Source: Leptonemataceae bacterium (lineage in GTDB: Bacteria > Spirochaetota > Leptospiria > Leptospirales > Leptonemataceae). From it: a DNA stretch of 64,000 nt. The stretch is from positions 1,696,001 to 1,760,000 of the forward strand of contig OZ245742.1 of NCBI GenBank assembly GCA_965227295.1, written 5' to 3'. The translations under genes were made by a program, and so were the position numbers. The notes beneath the pieces are model-generated. The model was not told the DNA's origin. It searched no databases and worked only from the letters and a program-made list of their open reading frames with translations. Below, in pieces: positions 29,485-38,516 of the stretch. The stretch's first letter is position 1, and each line of letters starts with the position of its first letter.

Positions 29485-29509
29485 TCTCGACGAACTCTCT
29501 GTGTTTTCG

Positions 29510-29542
29510 GCGGGCGGCTTCTCACGGGGCCGCCCGCTTTTT
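29510..29542 (+). terminator. Rho-independent terminator of the lipase gene
   Basis: GCGGGCGGCTTC-TCAC-GGGGCCGCCCGC-TTTTT. Confidence 0.85.
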
Positions 29543-29578
29543 ACTTGTAGTCGTTTGCAGTGTGATGAGCCTTGCGCC

Positions 29579-31618
29579 ATGATCGATCGTCCTGCCGCGT
29601 CTCTCCACCGCGTCATCTTATACAAACATGGCATGGGTTACTTCGAACGCGAGGCCCGGGTTTCCGGCGACGCGATTGTTGAACTCGATTTCAAACAAAG
29701 TGAAATGAACGACGTGCTGAAGTCGCTCTCCGTCTACGATCTGGACGGCGGCTTGATCGCGAACGTCGCGTACGAAGGCGTGCGTCCCCTGTCCCGGGAG
29801 ATCGAAGACATCGGCATCGATCTTCCGGCGGCGGATGCGCTCACCGGTACCCTGGCGAACCTGCGCGGCGTGAGCGTGGCACTGAAGATCGGCAGCACGG
29901 AGGTTCGCGGCGACATCCTCGGCACCGAGACCATGCAACGGCACAACAAGGAGCGCGTGTGGAACGATAAACGCCTCAGCGTGCGTACCGCGGACGGAGC
30001 GATTCGCAGCTTCAGTCTGCTGGACATCGATGAGATCATACCTCTGGAAGAGCGCACGAACCGCGACCTCGCGCGCCTGCTGGACGTCCTCGTGTACTGG
30101 AAGAAGAAAGAAACGAAGCGCATTTCGATATTCGCGAAAGACAGCGCGTCCGGCGACGGCGGTGAGCGGCGGATCGTCGTCAGCTACGCCGTGGAGGCGC
30201 CGGTGTGGAAGACTTCGTATCGCATGCTGCTCCGCGAATCGCAGTCATTGATTCAGGGCTGGGCCCTCATCGACAACAATCACGACGAAGACTGGAGCGA
30301 CATTCGCTTATCGTTGGTCGCGGGCATGCCGGTTTCGTTTCGTCACGATCTCTACACTCCGCGCTACCGTCAGCGGCCGGAGATCCGCGTCGAAGAAGAA
30401 GCCGCCTACGGGGCGCCCGTCGTCGAGCGCGGCATGCCGGCGGCCGCGCCCGCGCGGGTGTTCGCGAAGACTCGCGGCGGCGCTGCGGAAGATCTTTCCA
30501 TGAACGAGATCGATGCTTTAATGAGTATTTCCGATGTCGCCGCCGATATGGGCGCCGCTCCTCATCTCGGCGAAGCCTTACAGCAGGTTGCGTCGATCAG
30601 CTCGCGGGAGACGGACTCCGGTAACTTTTACGTGTACGATGTTAACCTGCCCGTGTCCGTGGATCGAGGACAGTCGGCGTTGGTACCGATCCTGGCGGAA
30701 CGTTTCGAGGGCCGGCGCATCGCGCTCTACGATCAGCACATCCGTCCCGAGGGGCCCATGTCCGCGGTGCTCTTCGAGAATACAACGGGACTCACCCTCG
30801 AAGGCGGACCGGTGACGATCTTCGCCGAGGATAACGCCGAGTCCAGGGCGAGCGGTTACGTCGGCGAAGCCATGCTGAGTACATTAAAGGACGGCGAGCG
30901 GGCGTTTCTTCCGTACGCCGTGGAACCGGGCTGTCGCATCGAGATCGATCATCGGTCGCGGGAAGCCGGCGTCTTTCGCTGCGTTATCGTTCAGGGCAGC
31001 ATCACCCTGCATTACAAAGAAGTCGCGCGCACGATCTACAACATCGATAACAGCGCGAACAAACAGAACCTGGATCTGTATCTCGACCACGGCTTCCGCG
31101 AAGCCTGGGAACTCAGCGAGGGGCACATTGCACCGGAGGAACGCACGGCGTCCTCGTATCGCTTCCGCGTCGACGTACCCGCGGCGGGCGTGCATGTATT
31201 TGAAGTCGTCGAGGAAGGCCGTCACGCTCGCTACTATAAGGCCGGCGAACTGAGCGAATCGAGCGTATTGGAATATCACGCCGCCGGTTACTTCGACGAC
31301 GCCACCGCGCAGACGTTGCATGAGGCCCTGCAACTGGCGGTCCGAATCGCCCGGCTGAAAACGGACATCGAGGAACGGCGTTCGACGATCAAAGAGATCG
31401 AAACGAACCAGGGCCGGCTCCGGGAGAATCTCGGGAGTCTGGGCGAGCATGCCGAGGAACAGGAACTGCGTCGGCGCTACGTCGGTCGCCTGCGCGACGA
31501 TGAAGACAACCTCGAACGCCTGCGCGCGGAAATCGAAGATCTCTCCGGAAAGCTGCGCGAGATTCGCGAAGAACGCACGACTTTGTTGCAGAAGATCAGC
31601 CTTGATCGAAAACTGTAA
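29579..31618 (+). CDS. DUF4139-like protein
   Basis: LYKHGMGYFER, MNDVLKSL, PVWKTSYR, QGWALIDN..EDW, C-terminal coiled coil. Confidence 0.8.
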   Translation: MIDRPAASLHRVILYKHGMGYFEREARVSGDAIVELDFKQSEMNDVLKSLSVYDLDGGLIANVAYEGVRPLSREIEDIGIDLPAADALTGTLANLRGVSVALKIGSTEVRGDILGTETMQRHNKERVWNDKRLSVRTADGAIRSFSLLDIDEIIPLEERTNRDLARLLDVLVYWKKKETKRISIFAKDSASGDGGERRIVVSYAVEAPVWKTSYRMLLRESQSLIQGWALIDNNHDEDWSDIRLSLVAGMPVSFRHDLYTPRYRQRPEIRVEEEAAYGAPVVERGMPAAAPARVFAKTRGGAAEDLSMNEIDALMSISDVAADMGAAPHLGEALQQVASISSRETDSGNFYVYDVNLPVSVDRGQSALVPILAERFEGRRIALYDQHIRPEGPMSAVLFENTTGLTLEGGPVTIFAEDNAESRASGYVGEAMLSTLKDGERAFLPYAVEPGCRIEIDHRSREAGVFRCVIVQGSITLHYKEVARTIYNIDNSANKQNLDLYLDHGFREAWELSEGHIAPEERTASSYRFRVDVPAAGVHVFEVVEEGRHARYYKAGELSESSVLEYHAAGYFDDATAQTLHEALQLAVRIARLKTDIEERRSTIKEIETNQGRLRENLGSLGEHAEEQELRRRYVGRLRDDEDNLERLRAEIEDLSGKLREIREERTTLLQKISLDRKL

Positions 31619-31673
31619 TCTTTCGTTCTAGCAAATCGGTTGATCAAAACACCGCGCATGTTAAACTAATACG

Positions 31674-32582
31674 ATGCCCGCGCGCGTATTGATCTCCGAG
31701 TTTTTACAAAAGGAAATCCCGAAACTCATTCGGGCCGTGCGGCGTCACGGGCGCACCGTGGCGAACAATCCGGAGCGCCTGGAGCCGGGCGGCGACGCGT
31801 CCGTCGCGCGCATGAACGAGGCCGTGCACGACTTCCGCGTGAACGTCCGTCGCCTGCGCTGTGTTTTCAAAACAGTCACCCCGGTCTACGGAAACTTTTT
31901 CAGCGGTTACTTTCGCACGGCGTTGAAAAAAATCCAGGACGCCACCGGGGAACTGCGCGACGTCGAGGTCCTGGCCGATCATTTACAATCGAAGAGCATT
32001 CGCACGCCGCCGGCCGACGCCCCGGAGAGCGGCGAAGCCTTCCTGGAACGCCTGCAAGCATACACCGAACAAACCCGCCGGCGCGAAAAAGAACTGCGCT
32101 CCGCTTTACGCAAACAACTCAACGACGATGCGTTTCTCTATCCGCTCAAGCAACTCGAAGCGTTGTTGGTTTTACCCGTGCGCGAAAGCCGTGATCGTGA
32201 GGCGGAGGTCTTCGCCCTGGAGGTGGTCCAGAAAATGCGTGACCGTTTGCAAAAGAAGGTCGACCGGATCGCCGAGCGCGCCGGAGACGCGCCCTGGTTG
32301 CACGCGCTGCGCATCGATTGCAAACACATCCGGTACGTTACGGAGTTTTATCGGTACGTGCTGCCGCCGTCGGTGCAGCAGACCAGCCGCTTCGCGAAGA
32401 AGATGCAGAACAAACTCGGCGACCTGCACGACTACGACTTCATTCTGGAACTCATCGACGCCCAGGGCGAGGAACTCGGCCCGGAGCTCCGCGAAGAACT
32501 GCGCATGCGTTTCGGTACGGAACGCGAGTCATCGTTCGAGGCGTTGTCGGCGAAGCTCCGCAAAGAAAAGAACAATCTGTAA
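31674..32582 (+). CDS. CHAD-domain (polyphosphate-binding) protein
   Basis: VHDFRVNVRRLR, GELRDVEV, LHALRIDCKHIRY, QNKLGDLHD. Confidence 0.9.
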   Translation: MPARVLISEFLQKEIPKLIRAVRRHGRTVANNPERLEPGGDASVARMNEAVHDFRVNVRRLRCVFKTVTPVYGNFFSGYFRTALKKIQDATGELRDVEVLADHLQSKSIRTPPADAPESGEAFLERLQAYTEQTRRREKELRSALRKQLNDDAFLYPLKQLEALLVLPVRESRDREAEVFALEVVQKMRDRLQKKVDRIAERAGDAPWLHALRIDCKHIRYVTEFYRYVLPPSVQQTSRFAKKMQNKLGDLHDYDFILELIDAQGEELGPELREELRMRFGTERESSFEALSAKLRKEKNNL

Positions 32583-32675
32583 TGTTGCCCTGGTTCGTTT
32601 GCACCCACAACTCTAACAGACTGTTGAAAAAGTCGAATTATCCCGGCGATTTCGCGGTTATCCCGCTTTCGAGTT

Positions 32676-33605
32676 TTAACCGAGGCGCAGCGCGACGTAC
32701 CCCGCCGCGACGATCAGTTGCGTGATGCCGAGGGATGTCAGCAAGAGATGCGGGGCGATGCGAATCGCGAAGCGGGAGCCGAGTTGCGCCCCGACTACGG
32801 CACCGGCGCCGACCAGGGCGCTCAACGCCAGGTAGATGTGATCGTCGTAAGCGTAGCGCAGGTTCGTGATCGTCGACGTAACGAAGATGGCGAAGAGCGA
32901 CGTGGCCACGCCTTCGACGGGCTCGAACTCCGTAACGTAGACGAAAAACGGGACCGCAAAAAAACCGCCGCCGATGCCCAGGAGCGCGGACAGGGCGCCG
33001 AAGATCAATCCCACCACAAACGTTAAGATCAAACGATCCGAAGTTATGGAGAGCGCCGGAGTTCCCGCGTCCTCCACGATGCCGGCGGCCTGCCGTTCGC
33101 GCAGGGCGTCGGCATCCTGCCGCGCTTGTTTGCCGGCCTTCAGTCCGCGATGCAGGTTGTACACGCCCAGCAATCCGAGAAAAAGGCCCAGATTCACGAG
33201 CAACACGAAGTCGGCGATCGAGAGCCCGAAGATCGCCGCGTCGGAAGCGTATGCGGACTCGCGGACTCCGCCCAGGAAACTTGCCACCAACTGCGCCGCG
33301 GGGATCGAGCCCGCCAGGAGCACCAGGGCGTGTTTGAAACGGATTTTACCTTCGCGCAGATAGTGCACGCTGCCCGACGCCGACATGAAACTGATCTGTC
33401 CCATGGAAGTCGTTACCGCCATGGTCGCCGGCAAATGCAGCACCGAATGAAAGAACGGGGTTACTAAAAAACCACCGCCGATGCCGAAGAGGGCGGAGAC
33501 CGTGCCGACCAGAACACCGAGAACGACGAGCACCGCGCCGCCCAAATACACCGAGCCGAAGATTTCGATCAGAGGCGTGAGATCAAAAAGATGCACGTTG
33601 GTCAC
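32676..33605 (-). CDS. TauE/SafE-family membrane transporter
   Basis: Two GIGGG repeats, AVTTS and VATSL motifs, about 8 TMs. Confidence 0.9.
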   Translation of the reverse strand: MTNVHLFDLTPLIEIFGSVYLGGAVLVVLGVLVGTVSALFGIGGGFLVTPFFHSVLHLPATMAVTTSMGQISFMSASGSVHYLREGKIRFKHALVLLAGSIPAAQLVASFLGGVRESAYASDAAIFGLSIADFVLLVNLGLFLGLLGVYNLHRGLKAGKQARQDADALRERQAAGIVEDAGTPALSITSDRLILTFVVGLIFGALSALLGIGGGFFAVPFFVYVTEFEPVEGVATSLFAIFVTSTITNLRYAYDDHIYLALSALVGAGAVVGAQLGSRFAIRIAPHLLLTSLGITQLIVAAGYVALRLG

Positions 33606-35179
33606 TCTCGTCCGAAGATCTTCTTCACAACATAGTCGTACGTTTCTTCGAACCAGGACTGGTCCACATCCGGGATGTCCGCGGACGTGAGCTCGGCGAT
33701 GGCGTCGTCACTGAGCGCGTCCTCCGAGGCGGCGGCGAGCCGGTTCGCCTGGCGTTCAATGATCTTTTCAAACAGATTGCGGGCGAGGCGGCCGTTGCCG
33801 AAGGCGCGGTCCCGCTGTTTGTAGAGTTGCGCAAAGAGCTTCAGCAGTTTCGCCTCGGCCTCGGGCGTAAGTTTGTAGTGCGCTTTCTTAGAAAAGATTT
33901 GAAAGATCTTAAGCAGATCTTCCGGCGGCACGTGATCAAAATAAAAGTAACGATTGAAGCGCGACTTCAGGCCCGGGTTCGATTCAATGAATCGCTGCAT
34001 CTCATCGGTGTAACCGGCGACGATGACCACCAGGCGATCGCGTTCATCTTCCATGCGTTTCAGCAACGTATCGATCGCTTCCTGGCCGAAATCCTGTTTG
34101 CTCTCTTCGGGTTTCAGGGCGTAGGCTTCGTCGATGAACAGAATCCCGTCGCGGGCTTCCTTGACCTTCTCGTCGACCTTCTGCGCCGTCTGGCCGATGT
34201 ACGAACCCACCAGGCCGGCGCGATCCGTTTCCACCAGATGTCCTTTCTTAAGAAAACCGAGCTGTTTCAGGATGCGCGACATGAGCCGCGCCACAGTGGT
34301 CTTGCCCGTTCCCGGCGGACCGTAGAACACGCTGTGCAGCGAAACCGGGGCGCCGGCCATGCCGCGGGACGAACGCTCTTGTTGAATCTTGAGATAGTTG
34401 ATGAGCGTCTTGACTTCGTTTTTGATGTCGTACATACCCACGAGTTCGTCGAGTTCTGCGAGCACGTCTTCCAGGGTTTCTTCGGGCTCGCTTTCTTCCA
34501 GCCCGGGCGGCGCATCGTCTTTGTTTTCCTGCGCGCTCTTTTCGGAAGATGCTTCGCCGTCCGCTCCGGCAGTCGCACGTCGATCGTCCTCGTGTAAACG
34601 ACTGTGCACGAACAATCGCTGCCAGACTTTCTTGAGCGCTTCTTCCTCCGACGCGCTGACGGTGCCGTCGGCCTTCGTAAGATGCTGCGCGAAACGGTAC
34701 AACGCCGAAACGACGCCGTCGAAAAAATCGGAACCGTATTTGCGATCCAGGTCCCGGATGGCGTCCGGCGTATCCATGCGTTCCAGGTCCAGACCGCCTT
34801 CGCCGTCGTCCTTTTTCCGCATGGCATTGTCGAAATGATTGTTAAGGCCCTTCGTCAGCGAATCCACCACGCGTTGGCGGCTGGCCTCTTCGAACTCCGG
34901 ATCGTCCCAGTTCTCGAGGTAATTGCGCGCGAACGTCGCCGAGCGGAACGCGCCGAACTCCTGCTCCGCGAAGCACGCAAACACGCCGCCGATGGCGAAC
35001 ATGGAGATGAGCAGTTCGTCGTCGGTGAAGTCGCCGTCGGCATAACCGCAGATGACGCTGATGCGCGTGAGATCAGAGACCAGCAGGGCGGCCAGTTGTT
35101 CGCGGGATTCCGGTTGCAGGCGCTCTACGATGGGTTGCAGGGCATCAAGGAATTCAAGCGTGGACCGCGCCGGGCTCAT
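33602..35179 (-). CDS. CbbX/SpoVK-type AAA+ ATPase with a TerB-like N-terminal region
   Basis: GPPGTGKTTVAR, FIDEAY, FGQEAID, NPGLKSRF, FGNGRLARN; ADGDF..DE and ADGTVS..E motifs. Confidence 0.88.
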   Translation of the reverse strand: MSPARSTLEFLDALQPIVERLQPESREQLAALLVSDLTRISVICGYADGDFTDDELLISMFAIGGVFACFAEQEFGAFRSATFARNYLENWDDPEFEEASRQRVVDSLTKGLNNHFDNAMRKKDDGEGGLDLERMDTPDAIRDLDRKYGSDFFDGVVSALYRFAQHLTKADGTVSASEEEALKKVWQRLFVHSRLHEDDRRATAGADGEASSEKSAQENKDDAPPGLEESEPEETLEDVLAELDELVGMYDIKNEVKTLINYLKIQQERSSRGMAGAPVSLHSVFYGPPGTGKTTVARLMSRILKQLGFLKKGHLVETDRAGLVGSYIGQTAQKVDEKVKEARDGILFIDEAYALKPEESKQDFGQEAIDTLLKRMEDERDRLVVIVAGYTDEMQRFIESNPGLKSRFNRYFYFDHVPPEDLLKIFQIFSKKAHYKLTPEAEAKLLKLFAQLYKQRDRAFGNGRLARNLFEKIIERQANRLAAASEDALSDDAIAELTSADIPDVDQSWFEETYDYVVKKIFGRE

Positions 35180-35301
35180 GGATGGCTCAGGAAATCGGCG
35201 TGCATTGCAGATGTCAAGTCTACGTTGCATTGCACTATAACGCGCAAAACAGTTGCACGAATACCTGCTGCAACGTAAACCCGGCGTCGGAGGACAACAA
35301 C

Positions 35302-35766
35302 GTGAAGTATTTCGATTTCAAACGGGCCGCACTGGCTCTTTTCATCGCGGGCGCCGTTCTGGTTCCGGCGAGCCTGGTATCTCAGTCCAATACCCCGGTG
35401 GGCGTATGGCAGACCATCGGAGACAAAGGCGAGAACAAGGGAAAAGTAACGTCACACATCAAAATCTGGGAGGCCAGCGATGGAACCCTGCGCGGAACCA
35501 TCATCAAGCCCATCAGCAATCCGGACGGAAAGTGCAGCGCGGACTGCCCGGGCCGCCTCGCCGATCAACCGCTCAAGGGTCTCAACATCATGTGGGGCTT
35601 CAAGGCTGCCGGCGGCAACGTATGGGACGGCGGCAAGATTGTGGATCCGGAAGACGGCTCCGTATACAGCTGCAAACTGACCGTACAGGGCAACAAGCTT
35701 CAGGTGCGCGGCTTCATCGGCGTATCCCTGCTGGGTCGCACGCAAACCTGGAATCGCCTCCAGTAA
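35302..35766 (+). CDS. DUF2147 secreted protein
   Basis: GVWQT, WDGGKIVDPEDGSVY, LQVRGFIGVSLLGRTQTW; GGAGGA RBS before GTG. Confidence 0.9.
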   Translation: MKYFDFKRAALALFIAGAVLVPASLVSQSNTPVGVWQTIGDKGENKGKVTSHIKIWEASDGTLRGTIIKPISNPDGKCSADCPGRLADQPLKGLNIMWGFKAAGGNVWDGGKIVDPEDGSVYSCKLTVQGNKLQVRGFIGVSLLGRTQTWNRLQ

Positions 35767-35809
35767 CTGCGCGGCTTCGCCTGCTAAAGCAAGATTAGCG
35801 CACATTAAG

Positions 35810-35843
35810 AAAGCCGTCTCCGAAATTCGGGGGCGGCTTTTTT
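35810..35843. terminator. Probable bidirectional terminator between the DUF2147 gene and leuA
   Basis: AAAGCCGTCTCCG-AAATT-CGGGGGCGGCTTTTTT. Confidence 0.8.
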
Positions 35844-35849
35844 GTGTAC

Positions 35850-37400
35850 TTAACCGTTCGTGCGCGCCTTTGCGATGCGCTCACCCGTGGCGATCATCCG
35901 ATTCAGCGCCTGTAAGTACGCACGAGCCGAAGCTACGAGAATGTCCGTATCGGCGTAGCGTCCCGAGAACGTCTGGCCGTTGCCGTCCTGAATGCGGATC
36001 GTCACCTCTCCCTGGGCATCGATGCCCTCGGTCACCGACTTCACCGAAAACTCGGTGAGTTCCGGCGAAAGACCGGTAATGCGATTCATGGCCACGTAGA
36101 TGGCGTCCACGGGGCCGGTGCCCACGGCGGCGTCCACGCGCACGTTGCCGTCGGGATCGATCAGGCGCAGGGTGGCCGTGGGCACGGCCTGGTCGCCGGC
36201 GCTCACCTGCACCTGCTCCAGGTTCCAGGCCGGATCGTCTAACTTACGAAGATTGTCACTTACGATGGCTTCGAGATCGCGGTCGTCCAGCTTCGTCTTT
36301 TTGTCCGCCAGCTCTTTGAACTGCGCGAACACACGATTGAACTCGTCCTCGGTAAGATCGTAGCCCATCTCGTGCAGGCGCACCTTGAAGGCGTGACGGC
36401 CGGAGAGTTTGCCGAGCACCAACTGCGTGCCCTGGGGAATGCCGATCTCCGCCGGGTCCATGATCTCCCACGTTTCGCGCAGCTTCAGGATGCCGTCCTG
36501 GTGAATGCCGGAGCCGTGACGAAACGCGTTTTTACCGACGATGGCCTTGTTCCACTGGATGGGCATGCCCGAGTAGGTCTCCACCATGCGCGAAGTGCGA
36601 TAGATCTCCTGCGTGCGAATGTCGGTGTGAAACTGGAGAAAGTCTTTGCGCGTCGTGATGGCCATTACCACTTCTTCGAGAGACGTGTTGCCCGCGCGTT
36701 CACCGATCCCGTTTACGGTAACCTCCACCTGGCGGACGCCGTGCTGGATGGCCGTCAGCGTATTCGCCGTGCAGAGGCCGAGATCGTTCTGGCCGTGAAA
36801 ACTCAGCCGCGCTTTGTCGATGTTCGGAACGTTGTTGCGGATTAAGTCGAAGAGATGCGCGAGCTCCTGGGGAATCGCGTAACCCACGGAGTCCGGTACG
36901 TTGATCGTGGTCGCCCCCGCGCTGATGCAACGTTCGATGATCTGATACAGGAACTCCGGATCGGAGCGTGTGGCGTCCATGGGCGAAAACTCAACGTTGC
37001 TCGTGTAGCTCGCCGCGTGTTTTACCATGGACTCGGCCTGGGTCAACACGTCGTCCCGGCCCTTGCCGAGCTGATGCGCCATCTGAATGTCGGAGGAGTT
37101 GATGAATACGTGAATGCGCGGCTCGTTCGCGTCTTTGACGCCTTCCCAGGCCGTATCGATGTCTTTCTTCACCGCCCTGGCCAGGGCGCACACGCTCGCT
37201 TTCGTAACGGCCCTTGCAATGTCCTGCACGCCGCGCAGATCCCCCGGGGACGAAGCCGGAAAGCCGGCCTCGATGACGTCCACGCCCAGGCGTTCCAGTT
37301 GCAGGGCGATCTCGAGTTTTTCGCCGGGCGTAAAGGCGACCCCGGCCGACTGCTCCCCGTCGCGGAGGGTGGTATCGAAGATGTAGATCTTTTCGCTCAT
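35850..37400 (-). CDS. leuA: 2-isopropylmalate synthase
   Basis: IFDTTLRDGEQ, NGIGERAGN, HGSGIHQDG, LGKLSGRHA, regulatory domain GTGPVDA. Confidence 0.95.
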   Translation of the reverse strand: MSEKIYIFDTTLRDGEQSAGVAFTPGEKLEIALQLERLGVDVIEAGFPASSPGDLRGVQDIARAVTKASVCALARAVKKDIDTAWEGVKDANEPRIHVFINSSDIQMAHQLGKGRDDVLTQAESMVKHAASYTSNVEFSPMDATRSDPEFLYQIIERCISAGATTINVPDSVGYAIPQELAHLFDLIRNNVPNIDKARLSFHGQNDLGLCTANTLTAIQHGVRQVEVTVNGIGERAGNTSLEEVVMAITTRKDFLQFHTDIRTQEIYRTSRMVETYSGMPIQWNKAIVGKNAFRHGSGIHQDGILKLRETWEIMDPAEIGIPQGTQLVLGKLSGRHAFKVRLHEMGYDLTEDEFNRVFAQFKELADKKTKLDDRDLEAIVSDNLRKLDDPAWNLEQVQVSAGDQAVPTATLRLIDPDGNVRVDAAVGTGPVDAIYVAMNRITGLSPELTEFSVKSVTEGIDAQGEVTIRIQDGNGQTFSGRYADTDILVASARAYLQALNRMIATGERIAKARTNG

Positions 37401-37420
37401 GATGGTTGTCTTGTGAGAAG

Positions 37421-37579
37421 AATTTTTACACCGAGGACCGAGGGGCCGGGGTTAATTTGGAGGAGTTTCGCGGTTTGTTCGTTGTGGGGCTATGAATGCT
37501 TTTGGTCTTTTAAGAATTTGGCAGATCAAACTCTTCTTCACTTCCACCTCGATCCCTCGGTCCTCGGAGTGAAAAAATT
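37421..37579. repeat. Second CCGAGG-periodic inverted-repeat element, upstream of leuA
   Basis: CCGAGGACCGAGGG at 37431-37444 pairs perfectly with 37554-37567; arms extend to T/A tracts; AT-rich interior. Confidence 0.8.
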
Positions 37580-37587
37580 ATCTCAGG

Positions 37588-37941
37588 TCACCCCTGCGGT
37601 TCCAGGCGTTCGTCCCGTGGGGTACCGAAGAAGTGCCGGCCCTGCTTGCGGATGAAACCGCGGGCCACGCAGTCGTTCGCCGTGATGACCAGGGCATCCA
37701 CGGCCTGGTTGTTCTTTTCAGCGTTGCCGTCGTTTTCTTCGGCCATGAGGGCGTGGATCATCTGCCGCTGCTCGGGATTCATGAGGCCCAGGAACGAGCC
37801 CGACAGGCGGCCGTCCAGGGCATGGAAAGACCGTGCCAGGGCCCGGGGCGGCGTGCGTTCCATGACGTAAAAGAGGGCCAGATTGTCGAAAAATAGCAGC
37901 TCGGAGATCTGCTGGATCGTCTGAACGGAAGGGCCGTGCAC
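37588..37941 (-). CDS. Small hypothetical protein, weakly FliG C-terminal-like
   Basis: SELLFFDNLALFYVMERTPPRALARSF pattern. Confidence 0.6.
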   Translation of the reverse strand: MHGPSVQTIQQISELLFFDNLALFYVMERTPPRALARSFHALDGRLSGSFLGLMNPEQRQMIHALMAEENDGNAEKNNQAVDALVITANDCVARGFIRKQGRHFFGTPRDERLEPQG

Positions 37942-38018
37942 AACCCGTTAGAGATCGGGACGCGCGGGCGGTGTCAAGAAAAAGCCCGACCGGCCGATAC
38001 AGGTACAGGAGCCTCACG

Positions 38019-38441
38019 ATGAAGCACACACGAACGATCCTCAGTGTTATGATCCTCTACTTCCTGGTCGCCGCCGGGAGCGAGCTCTCCGCGGAGCGCC
38101 GAACCTACGAGAGCAAACAAAACATCGGCCGGACCGTGGCCGGCATGATCGAGATCCTCGGGGAATCGGGGCTGGACTTCCGCGTCGGTCGGGTCTACGA
38201 CCGCGAGAGCGACGGCAAGCACGGCATGATGCTCTATCTCATGCCCGGCAACACCCCGTGCGAGATTACCTTTCATGCGGACCCGAAGAATCAAAACCGT
38301 TCCCTGGTGGGACTGAAGGCCTTCGATCGGAACGCGGTCGAGCGATTGCATCGTGTCTTTGTGCAACAGGCGGGACTGAAAGAGGTCGGTGTGAACGATG
38401 AGTTCGACGACAGTAATCCCTGGCCCGTCCAGGTCCGCTAA
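38019..38441 (+). CDS. Secreted hypothetical protein
   Basis: AGGAG RBS; signal peptide MKHTRTILSVMIL...LSA. Confidence 0.7.
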   Translation: MKHTRTILSVMILYFLVAAGSELSAERRTYESKQNIGRTVAGMIEILGESGLDFRVGRVYDRESDGKHGMMLYLMPGNTPCEITFHADPKNQNRSLVGLKAFDRNAVERLHRVFVQQAGLKEVGVNDEFDDSNPWPVQVR

Positions 38442-38516
38442 GAAAAACTAACGGACTTCTAACACATCCTTTCGGTATTGGGTGGACCCCGCCTCGCTTC
38501 GGTAGTATCCCGGAGT

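Noticed and set aside
36780-36810. LeuA metal motif reads HGQND rather than HxHND
   Set aside because: HxQND variants are known in active isopropylmalate synthases, and all other motifs are intact
37401-37587. Leucine attenuator or leader peptide before leuA
   Set aside because: The only short ORF I found (VKKSLICQILK...) is not Leu-rich, and the hairpin is explained by the repeat element
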